A DNA stretch of 64,000 nt, from the NCBI RefSeq assembly GCF_041956535.1, contig NW_027192211.1, positions 371,995-435,994 on the forward strand. Reading direction: 5' to 3'. Origin of the DNA: Calcarisporiella thermophila CBS 279.70 (lineage: Eukaryota > Fungi > Calcarisporiellomycota). This document shows positions 51,801 through 64,000 of this stretch, piece after piece (position 1 is the first letter of the stretch; the number at the start of each line of letters is the position of its first letter). A program made the position numbers and the translations under genes. The notes beneath the pieces were generated by a model that saw only the letters and a program-made list of their open reading frames with translations, did not search any database and was not told where the DNA came from.

Positions 51801-52615
51801 GGAGGGATAGGGCGTTTAAGCTCTCTACCAAAAGCTTCGCACTCCTCCATCTGCCTTCGTTCAAACTAAGTTGCAGCTCTTCGCATGCCATATCAGTGAT
51901 AGCCTTTCCCACCGCAGGATCCTTTGCATTCAAAAGTCCCACCAATGTGCTATAGATTTCTGTTTTTTGCGGCAGCTCCGTGATGCTAAGAATGGTCAGA
52001 GGGTTAAGTATTTATAATTCCGCAGATTGGCCCCGCTTTCACTTACCATGTCTTCAAAGTATCAAGCACGACGGACGTATATTTTTGGTAGTCTGTCTCC
52101 AGCACATTGACCAAATTTCCAAGGTTGCTCTCGGCCATGGCAACCTGAATGAAAGAAAGCGCAAGTTTTAAATAATAATGAAGAAGCTGCAACGGGAAGC
52201 GCTCCTCCGATTACCTTGTCCGCAACCTTTAAGATCAGCGAGCTTAATCGTTTCTCAACATCGACTGGCTCATCAACAATTTGATCGAAATCATCGCGGC
52301 GACGTTTTGTTCGGTACCCGGTCTCATCTTAAAAATTGGAATAAAAAAGTGGCAAATAGAGATCGGTTAATACCAGTTGGCCGTCAGCGGCTAGCAGTAC
52401 CGCTTCATGCGAGTGTACCTTTGTACAGCCTTTTCCCTTCGTATTCTATTACAGAAATGCAGAGATAGAAATTAATATACCCGATCGATGAGACGAGAGA
52501 GGGGCATTTAAATCCCGAAAAACAAGAGGCCACCAACATGATGCCTCCTCCCCCTGACAACCAAAAGCTTTATCGCCGTTCATTTACCTTTTCGGCGCCG
52601 ATCGTTATTCTCCAT
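48853..52615 (-). CDS. NCBP1: Nuclear cap-binding complex 80-kDa subunit (CBP80/NCBP1/Sto1)
   Basis: Basic N-terminus, EKRLSSLILKVADK, CITELPQKTEIYSTLVGLLN, FRLPSPEYKEVY, WFAHHLSNFG, CVRFSYYDRI, LLLGSKSFSH, MDKLLNYR; many introns. Confidence 0.9.
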
Positions 52616-53489
52616 GATTTGTGGCGGGTAGAGCAGTTGAGGATATGCGCAGACACGACAAAACACGATCGCGATCCAACTGCGAGCGCTGAGACGTGTT
52701 TTGGCTCGACGAGGTGACGTCGAGCGCAGTCACAGCGATTCCAACGGATGGTTGAAGGGAGCGTCTGAAACTCGAATTGTGTGCAGAGATGACCCATGTC
52801 CATGAAGTCAGGACGAGCCAGTCTCGTTTTTCGGTGATATAGCATTTGGTTAATTTTATTTTTTGCTCAAGGAGGGCACGCCGCAGGGGGGGGGGGGGGA
52901 GCATGCACAGCGGATCCGGTCCATGGAAAACAGAAGGATCGATCCAAGACCCTCGCCGCCCACTCGTGGCGAGGAGGCTATTTTTACCGCCAAGCGCGGG
53001 ACGGCGAGCGCCGGCCATTGCCAAGAGCGAGGAGAACTTTCGATCGTAGCATCGCCCTTGCCCAGCTAACCTCGCCTCCTTCCATAGACGAGGGGGGCGC
53101 AGCGGCAGGAGGCTCGAACAGAAATGTCGTATTGTCGCGGGGCGGCGGTTGGCGCAGTTTCAGAGGGCCGTCAGCTCACACTAGCGGCCCTTATTTGGGA
53201 AGCCGCGAGCACAAGAATATCCTCAATCCAAAACTCAGAACCACTTTGCACCTCACGAAGCCGATAGGCGGGAGGCGGGGAACCGCAATTTTGCGCTTTG
53301 TTGATATTTCCTTGATTTTTCATGCTCAACCCCGTCCAATCGCGCCTCGAAAACGGTTGGCCCTCTTCTCCGAGTTTATCTTCTGGCCTCGACTCGCCCT
53401 TTCTTCTTTTCTCTCCCTGCTCAGAATGGTTCCATGCTCCCGATAGAACATCTATAGACTTATAAAGCCGCATCGCCCCGCCATTCTGA

Positions 53490-54979
<1,490 letters not shown>

Positions 54980-55428
54980 AAAACTCACTTTTTTTTTTTT
55001 TTACATTTTCCTTGCTATCACCACCTGTTTCGTTTATTTTTAGATGTTACTAGATTAATTTTAGTCTTTATTTGTTTTCCCTCTCCTTATATGAATGAGA
55101 GACGAGAAACAAAAAGCTATCTTTTCTGATAAGCAGCGGTTAACTTAACCATTTTCTACATTCGCTGATACCTGTTTGCTTTCTCTCCATCCTTCCTTCT
55201 TTCTTTTGGCTCTATTTACTTACATCAACTCTAGTTCCAGAGGTCTCTCTCCTCTTCCGATTGTTTCTCTCTCTCTACTCTCTACTCTTCTTTTTTTTTT
55301 TTCTTTGGCTTTTATGATATCTTTATATAATCAGTAGCAATAATAATAATACAAAGATTACTTCCTCTTTATCAGAAGAAATTCTATTCATTATTATTAT
55401 GATGACGGTGATGAGATACAAGGTCCAT

Positions 55429-58400
55429 CTACCAAGCAAGCACCTGTCGTGCATACTGCCGTATCTCCACTGGGACATGGTCCTCTTCAAAGTAGGCCAT
55501 GATTCTTTCTTTTATGCTTGGGCCAGCGTAGAATAGGTATTCGATCAGGAGCCGTTGAATTGGCGACGAGAAAGAGGCTAGGAGGGCGGGTCGATGCTGA
55601 CTTTGCGAGAAGAGGGTGAGAATATCCTCTCCGATTCGCTTCTGCACCTACAAAGTGGCCGGTCATGATGAGCATACATCTGGTGGTTTGCCTTCACCCC
55701 CAGGATCAACTCGCACTCACCTTTTGGCTAATGGAACTAGTTTTCCCCTTTTTCGCAACCTCGCAGAGCAATTTCAAGATGACCTAAATTGGAATAGCCT
55801 TGGGGTGAATCATCAGTTATATCAGCAAAACAGGAATAGTCGCGATATACCCGTTTGGTCTCCTCTCCCTTGCTTCCCATCTCCCCCAGAACTTTCGGTA
55901 GCCCGGCTAGCACTTCCTCCATCCCGCTCAAAAGTAGCCCGTGATCTACGCGGAATTTTCCGGTATAGCTCGGATTCGTTTGAATCTACAAGGATAGAAG
56001 ATAGGACACGGCGGATGGTTAGAAAAGAGGTTCAGAGTGAGAAACTTGTGCCGAAGAGGAGGGAGAACACCTACAGTGAATGCACGCGCCAAAAATTCAA
56101 TGCATGTTCGTTTTGTATTGGAGTAGGAGTGTGTGCGCTTGTAATATTCAAGAAAAGCCTACAAATCAACCGGAATTGGGGATAAAGTTGAGTGAACCTT
56201 ATCTCGGGGAATTAGGATTGAGTCAAGGGTACCTCGAAGAGCCATTCCACGTTTACTTCCTCTAATGAGTTTAGCAACACCCACACAGCAGGCAATAGAG
56301 CAACGAGATGCTCGTGGCCGAAGCCAGTGGTGGCGGTGGTCATACCTCCACCGGAAGTTGCTTGTGAGAGCTTGATACGCTTTCGGCTATTGGACTAAAA
56401 AAAGAGTACACTGAATATGAAGAAGCCTGGTCTAAACGTATCAACTTGGTATCCATGAACCATTTACCTCGCATCCAAACAAGCTAACGATATACTCCAC
56501 TACCCGCTCTACCCAACCCTCCTCTTTTTCTTCTCTCCGTCGCTTTCCCTTTCGTGGTGGCTGCACGGTGCTCTCCCTCTCCGTGCTCTCTCTCGAGGAC
56601 AGGCTAGATCGTGCTAACAAGAACAGGGCCACGATCTCACAAATGATAGTGTTCATGTCGAGCAAGTCGGAGTCAGTGCGAGTGTCACGGGCGTGGTACG
56701 TGTCACTGCCAAAAGGGAAGTAGGCGAGGAAGTGTTTGAGAAATTGATTGAGGTGTCGATCTAGCCATTCTTCGGTGATCTCAGTCTACAAAAGTAAAAA
56801 TTGCGGTATCTAACCTAAGGATGTGGATGGAGTACAGAGTCAAGTAAAATGTGCTACCTTTGTCCCCTCAAAATCGCTGAGCACTGCTCTCCACAGAATG
56901 CCCATCACTTTAAGCACTAATTGAATCGCTTCCAGGGAAGGTCCTGGGTTGACGCCCGTGGCTGCGGTGAAAACAGAGGGCGCATGATCGAGCCATATGG
57001 AGACGAATATAGGTTGAAGGATTTCTATCAAGTTCTATCAAAGTAGAAAATGTTACTATAGAGGCAGGGTCCGAATGAACGACGGAGATCCTCTTCACCT
57101 TTGCACTCAAGAAATAAGTTTTGTTATCCGCGGCTTGTGATGCGAGTTTCGCGCCTGGCTGTTTTGTATCGTTGGCGCCCTGCTCGATCAGGTAGAGCCC
57201 TAAGGCGGGTGATGGCTTGAGATCGGGGAGAAATGAGGATACACAAGGGTGTACTGGAAGGGTTTGATTCGGCTGGAGAAGATGACGAAAATTAGTTTCT
57301 AGTTGAATCCAAGGGCATGATGCTTCACACTTGGATTTACCTCATTGCTACTCCATGTAACCACGTTATTGCTTGAGTCTCCATCCCACATTCGTGCAAA
57401 GTCCCTCCTGGCATTTTCTTTCATTAGGAAGTTGGAAAAAAACCAATACCTATAGCAATGACCAAACACTCTCAGCATAAGCTGACATCTCATGCAATAG
57501 GGAGAAGATACCCACGTATTTTGTTGATTCCGTCCCAGTCCCACCTCCAAGAACCGGGCCAGGCTTGCTAGAACCCGTGCACGGGCTCGGGGCGATGCCA
57601 TCCCACTTCGAGAAGCGGTGAATGCGCCTGTCGTCCGTTTCGACATGTTCGCAGCGTTCGAGTCGATCGTGAGCAGGCTAACATAATTTCCTGTGATCTT
57701 ATCCCAGAAAGCGGGGCTGGCAACCGTATCAGGAGCGATGCGAATCCAGATATCCATGCATTTCACCGCATCAAGGCGAATGTCTTCATGGATGTGGGTC
57801 ATAGCAGAGCAGGTATATATGATAAAGAGGGACAGAAACGGTTTAAGATGATCCTAATGGGAACCGTGGTAAGCGGCGGTAGGAGACAAGGTGTGACAAT
57901 TAAGGCAAAACACTTTTACCATTTCCATCTCGACAAAGAATTCAGAGAGAAATGCGTGCGTTGCTTTTCGGACGGCTTCATCCTAATAGAATAGATAGCG
58001 ACTTTTAATGGAAGCTGTTTTCAGAGTTACATTGCGGAAATGAACTCACATCATCGACAAACAAACGAACAATCGAATTAGATAATGTACTCATCGAATG
58101 AGCTAATAATCCTGGATGCCGATTAAAAAGATCCCGTAGTCCCTGCACAGCGTCTAATTAATTTGAATTAGAATGAGTTCAGAATCGCCTCTTAAGAAGA
58201 CATTCATTATTAGAGTATAACCTTTTCTTGTGTTGGCATTATGATGTTTCAACTGAATCAACAGTTCGTTCAGGGTCAGATTGCGCACATTGACGAGTTC
58301 ATGGGACTTGTCCTGAGTGATACTTTGACCCGGGAGAACAACCGCTAGCATTATCGATAGAGACAACGGCGCCAGAGCGAGAATGAGTGAGGCGAGTAAA

Positions 58401-58658
58401 CAAGCAAAAAAAATGAAGGCCCTACTAACCTCTTGCCTTGAATGATGTATCGGTATGACTGTCCGGAAGTGCCTTCTTTTTACCGACCTTTAATTTTGTT
58501 TTCTATGCGTGGTAGAGCGGTGGCAATGCAATTGCATTTGACGTGACATCAAGTTGAGTGAATATACATATCGAGAGAAAAATTCTGCCCTAGAGTATTA
58601 TACAAACCTTAAAATCCTCATTCTTCTCTTTCTTTTTCCTCGCGCTCTTTTTAGGCAT
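55429..58658 (-). CDS. IPI1: Pre-rRNA-processing protein Ipi1/TEX10 (Rix1 complex)
   Basis: MPKKSARKKKEKNEDFKKTKLKVGKKK...TDTSFKAR.VVLPGQSI, LKHHNANTRK, SAMTHIHEDIRLDAVKCMDIW, HFLAYFPF; many introns. Confidence 0.88.
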
Positions 58659-58978
58659 CGCTATGTATATGGGATTCCTGGACCGGAGAGATGCTCTTCC
58701 TTTCTGGTAGATAGTATCGGAGTTGAAAACTTGTTTTCGTTCGTGACTGCTTGCACTTTCATCATTCTTGAAGATTAAAGTCATGGGGATTTCAGCTGCG
58801 GGATAGGTAGCATTGGATATGCGCAAGAATGGCCCTATGGATCAAAATGCATGTCCTAATCAGGTTTGGGTTCGGAGCCCGGCATTGTCAATCTTCCAAT
58901 TTCTAATTATTTTCCTCCCCTAACGCTCATAGCCCCTACATTTCCCCACATTCTTTAATTCAGAATTAGTTTTGTACA

Positions 58979-60000
58979 ATGGAGGTGAAAACGAACAGCA
59001 ATCACAACGTCTGGTAATTCAATACCCAATTCATCCCCAATACTTCTCGCTACTAATCCAAGATTCTTCTATTGGTGATAATGCCTTTCACATAGGGTTT
59101 TTGGCTATGGTTCATTGTGCTGGAAGCCTCCCGTTGCTTTTGAGGACAAGGCCGTTGGATACATTCGAGGTTATGTACGCCGATTTTGGCAGCAATCTAC
59201 AGACCATCGTGGTACTCCGGATGCGCCTGGCCGAGTGGTTACTCTAATTCCCTATGATGAGTGGCAAACATTGGATGATTATGTAAGTTGTGTATCATTT
59301 GTCGAGAACAATGGGTGCGGAGCTCATGCTGAGCATTTTATCAATGCATAGCACGAGAGCCGGGAAGATGATGTATGCTGGGGGGTAGCTTACAAGATAC
59401 CTGAGGCGGAAGTAGAAGCCACTAGAGCATACCTAGATCATAGAGAAAAGGTCATTAGAATCGAATTGCCTTAATGCGTACATATTCTCTGACCAATGAC
59501 TCTTTTGCCAATTCAGAATGGGTACACTATTCATTTTGTAGATGTTTATCAGCCGGGCAGAGAGCTCCCCATCGTCAAAGACGTAGGCTTATTGTATTGC
59601 TGTATCAGTTGGGCTGCTCTGACCTATTTTTTTCTGTTCTTCCTAGGCAATGGTGTATATCGGAACCACCTCGAATGAGCACTATATAGGCCCAGCACCG
59701 TTAGACAATATCGCCCTTCAAATATATCATTCTCACGGTACGAAAACTCAACCACGGGCCTTTTTCAACCGTGCATGATGGAATATTAACTCTTTTTTTT
59801 CAGGTCCGAGTGGTGCCAACTTAGAATATCTCTTAAATCTTGCGGAATGGTTGCGATCGGTTGGACCGAATGCTCACGATGAGCATCTCTTTGCATTAGA
59901 GCGACGGGTGCGTGAATTGATGCTAGACATGCAAACTACAGCAGAAGAGGGAGAGAGATTGAACATGCTGAGCGTGCCCGTGGCGAGCCAAGCCGACTAG
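58979..60000 (+). CDS. Glutathione-specific gamma-glutamylcyclotransferase (ChaC family)
   Basis: [75 protein letters not shown]; 6 exons. Confidence 0.93.
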
Positions 60001-60524
60001 ATGATTATGCTTTTGGACCCATGCACTATAGAGTACTATTATTGTCATATGGATAGAATGTTTCATATATAAAATATCTACTTTACAACGTTTTACTGAT
60101 TTCTAACCTTGGAGACCTCATTAAAAGAAGTGTTTGATCGATGGGTCGTACTTGATTCGTGATTAATTACTCTAAACGGACTCTATTTAGTGTATTTCAC
60201 ACATATTATAGCAGGGTGAATTTTATCACTGGTTAGAGGAATCCATAGGTTTCATTGAACTCTAACGGTAGTTAGATAATAAGTATGGAGCTAGTTATTT
60301 ATGGAGAGTAGTATTTGCGATAAACCAGCAGCCAAAATCTGGACGAAAGATCATGCTCGATGTGTGTTTAAAGGCTGTTTTATTATAAGTTTATCTGTCT
60401 CAAGTCGTGTTCTCCGAATTATAAAGTAGAGAACCACAGGTGAGGTTGGGTAGAGAAACAATGGAAGTATTTCTAGAGGGGGGGGAAGTATTCTATTGAG
60501 AAAACCTTGGTAGAACACCCACTT

Positions 60525-62835
60525 TTACATCCTGAACACGCCAAATTGCGTCTTTGGAATAGGGGCGTTAAGTGCGGCCGACAGGCCCAATCCGAGCACG
60601 CGTCGAGTATCTTCTGGGCGAATCACACCGTCATCCCACAAGCGGGCGGAGGAGAAATAGGGATGGCCTTCATGCTCATAGCGCTCACGGATCGGGCGCT
60701 TAAACTCTTCCTCCTCTTCCAGGGACCATTTTACGCCCTTCTTCTCCAGAGCATCACGTCGGAGGGTGGCAAGGACGCCTGCACTGCTATCGCCGCCCAT
60801 CACTGATATACGCGCATTCTAAACAGGAGGAATGGATTAGACGAGAATAAAAGGGGATTGAAATGCAACTCGATTTTACCGGCCACATCCAAAGGAATCT
60901 TGGGCCGTAGGCACGTCCGCACATCCCGTAATTGCCAGCTCCAAAACTGCCGCCAATGATGACGGTAAATTTCGGCACTCGTGCACACGACACGGCCGTC
61001 ACCATTTTTGCACCGTTTTTCGCAATTCCCCCCGCCTCCGCCGACGAGCCAACCATAAACCCAGTGATATTTTGAAGGAATACAAGAGGGATACCCCGCT
61101 GGGAGCACAGCTCTATGAAATGAGCGCCTTTGAGTGCAGATTCGGAGAAAAGAATGCCGTTGTTTGCGACAATTCCGACCGGATAGCCATGAATATGTGC
61201 AAATCCTAAATTAAAAAAAAAAAGGTCATGAAACGGGTTCATAGTGCGTGCAATAATGGTATGAGGTATTACCAGTGACCAGAGTGGTGCCGTAGAGTTC
61301 TTTGAATTCGCTGAATCGACTGCCATCCACAATACGTGCTATCACGTTTTTTACATCAAAGGACTTTTTGAGATTGTCGCCTACAATGCCCCCCATTTCA
61401 TTGGCGGAGTAGAGGGGTTCCTCAGGTTTTTGGACTCGTAACTACTCAGCAAAAGTGAAATGTGAGTATATTTACGTCAGAGAATCACTATGGAGATGTC
61501 TACCTGAGGATCCTTCCGCCAGTTAAGCGTGCTCACCGCACGCCGCGCTAGAGCTAACGCATGTTCGTCGTTCATCGCATAGTGATCAGTTACACCCGAA
61601 GTACGGCAGTGCAAATCAGCTCCTCCTAGCTCTTCCGCACCAACCACCTCTCCTGTAGCAGCCTTCACCAGTGGAGGCCCTCCGAGGAAAATGGTTCCTT
61701 GTTTGCCAACGATAATGCTTTCGTCAGCCATAGCAGGAACATAAGCTCCACCAGCAGTGCATGAGCCCAAGACAACGGCAATCTGAGGAATACCCTCTGA
61801 AGACATGGTGGCCTATGAATATGAGTGAGTATAATCTGGCGACATGCTAAATGCAATAGGAAGATGGGTACCTGGTTGTAAAAGATACGGCCAAAATGCT
61901 CCTTGTCAGGGAACACGTCTGCTTGCCTTGGAAGATTGGCGCCTCCGGAGTCAACTGTTCAAAAAGGCGAGTTTGAATAAATAATGGAATATACATCAAC
62001 TCTGAAAAGCAAGCGCATACCAAGATAAATGCAGGGTAGTCGGTTCTCTCTAGCGATTTCTTGTGCTCTCAAATGTTTTTTTACGGTGATAGGGTAATAT
62101 GTTCCACCCTAGAGAAAGGAGGGGTGAGTAAAAATGTCGATATATTTATAGAAACGCTTGTAGCTCACCTTGACTGTAGGATCATTGGCAACAATCATGC
62201 ACTCAACTCTATATCATTATTTTTTTTTGTTTTAACATAGGCAACTCCATAATTTCCAAGTATCAAGACAGTTCGTACCCATTTACACGTCCAATTCCGG
62301 ATATAATCCCACCAGCAGGAACAGCCTCTTCATATAGTTCATAACCAGCCAATTGCGAGAGCTCTAAGAAAGGAGACCCATTATCTAATAGTCGCTCAAT
62401 TCTAGTTTTTGGACAGAAAGGAGGGGAAGTATTAATTCGCTGCCTATGCCAAGTATGCAATGTACAAAAGTCTACCTATCCCGCGGTAATAATTTCTTGC
62501 GCGATAAATGACGCTTTCGCGCGTCCTCTCCTCCGCCCATGCGAATCACCGAGATTTTGGACTCGAGATCAGCAACCAATTCAGCCATTTTCGTCGCGTT
62601 TCCCTAAAGACGTAAGGGCACGCACATCATCAATTAGTCCAAAATGGTCTCAGTAGGTGTGTGCAAATATAAAGGGTACCTGAAAATCGGGTGAATTGGT
62701 GTCGACATTGTTAGGAAGAATATTCGCCTGGAGTTCGTGCATGATATGGTATCCAGCGCGCGGGAGGACACACGTGACAGAACGCATCATGAAAGGCGTT
62801 TGCCTCAACGAAGCTCGAGCAAATCTCGGCAGCAT
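60525..62835 (-). CDS. MCCC2: Methylcrotonoyl-CoA carboxylase beta subunit, mitochondrial
   Basis: Presequence [11 protein letters not shown]; [94 protein letters not shown]. Confidence 0.96.
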
Positions 62836-63104
62836 GATTTCCTTTGTTTTTTATCGCGTGAATTGCGATGGAAATAAGTTATCTATCGAACTTGACGAAA
62901 AAGCGGGGGGATGAGCGTGGGAATAATAGTCATGTTGCGGGCAGGCAAATTCATGTTTAATGACTCGATGATACTAAGACGAAAATTAACTTAAAAATAG
63001 CGTATATTTACAAACAGATTAACTGTTTAATGCATTTCTTTAGTAAAGCTAAAGACGAAAATAAAATAAAATGAAATAGACAGAGCCCAGCTGAGAAATA
63101 TAGC

Positions 63105-64000
63105 TCATCTTGACTTGAAAAACTGCGCGACTTGCTCAATAAGCATCATTTTCTTTGCTACAATCCCAAAAAAACATTTAATATCCTATATTGAATCTGT
63201 AAACCAAGTGTTGTCTGAGATACCTTTTGGCTTTGGCTGTAAGCCAACCGACTCTAACCATTGTTTAATCTGAGGAATGGTCAACTTGAAATGCAAAAGT
63301 CAATAGGCTATCTCAAAATTAATGCTAATACTTTGCCACCTACACTATCGAGCATATTTTCCTCATAGAGTGTACGCATATCCAACTCCCCATTTTGTAC
63401 CCGTGCCTTCTTGGTTGACCTACTGTCGTCTTCCTAAACTCAGAAACAATTCAATCAACTCCAACCTATTCAAAGCCAAACCGGTCCAATCCCAAGTAAT
63501 TCGATACCATTTTTCGCTTTCCTCTGAAAATCTCTTCGTCTTCCACTTTTTGAATGTTTGCCTGTTCTCCAACCAGCTCCTTCAGGCGTAGTATATCCTG
63601 GCCAGCTCGCTTGTGAATTGATTCTGCCTTCGGTAAGGTCTTATCCTCAACGTCTTCCTTCTCAAGAGAAAGTGCAATGTTCTGTAGCGTCAGGTAGTGT
63701 TGCTGCAAACCTAACGACAATTTAAAGTCAACATAAGATTCTTTCGATATGTAAAGTTAGAGTCCAAAGCGTATTTACTGGGGTTTTCATATGCCTCCGG
63801 TTTATATCCTCCTCGGATCACAAGCCGATTAACAATCTGTTTCGCTACATCCGTCATTTCGTCATTAGCAATCGGAAGTTCATTGGCAGGAATTGGACGT
63901 ATATCGTCGAGGTAGGGTAGAAAAATCATATTGAATCCTGGAGGCCTTTCTTGAACCCCCTTATCATTTAGGATTTCAGCCTGTCAAAGCACACGAGAGC
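63105..64000 (-). CDS. KU70: Ku70 DNA end-binding subunit, 3' part (gene continues beyond the window)
   Basis: PPGFNMIFLPYLDDIR, Y.PEAYENP.LQQHY..LQNIAL, DKTLP, C-terminal SAP-like LTIPQIKQWLESVGL...KKMMLIEQV..FF. Confidence 0.9.

Noticed and set aside
63088-63110. GCTGAGAAATA resembling a TPP riboswitch core
   Set aside because: The remaining aptamer elements are absent and the site lies at the KU70 stop, not in a thiamine gene intron.

Overview
Gene-dense, intron-rich eukaryotic DNA from a fungus, most likely an early-diverging one (Mucoromycota-like). The evidence is short GT-AG introns of mostly 55-75 nt, a class V myosin-chitin synthase, an APSES factor, METTL3 and GCP5. I can support one tRNA-Phe(GAA) and about 25 protein-coding genes. 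Most are housekeeping genes: METTL3/IME4, two MFS transporters, chitin synthase, GCP5, LSG1, OST2/DAD1, Xbp1-like APSES, PTGR-like reductase, BCS1-like AAA ATPase, omega-like GST, WrbA/Pst2, CBP80, UDP-hexose 4-epimerase, IPI1, ChaC, MCC-beta and the 3' end of KU70. No intact mobile element, CRISPR array or biosynthetic cluster is visible. Manual splicing gave several results the ORF track does not show. These are a complete 57-aa PMP3 proteolipid gene, microexons of 4 and 12 nt, and three frame-required GC-AG introns. The best novelty candidate is an unannotated multi-pass membrane protein whose His/Glu pattern resembles CLN6. Others are an N-terminally extended epimerase with a small Ser gatekeeper and a splice donor overlapping the stop codon of the PTGR-like gene. 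Family assignments come from motif recognition and recall, not from database searches.
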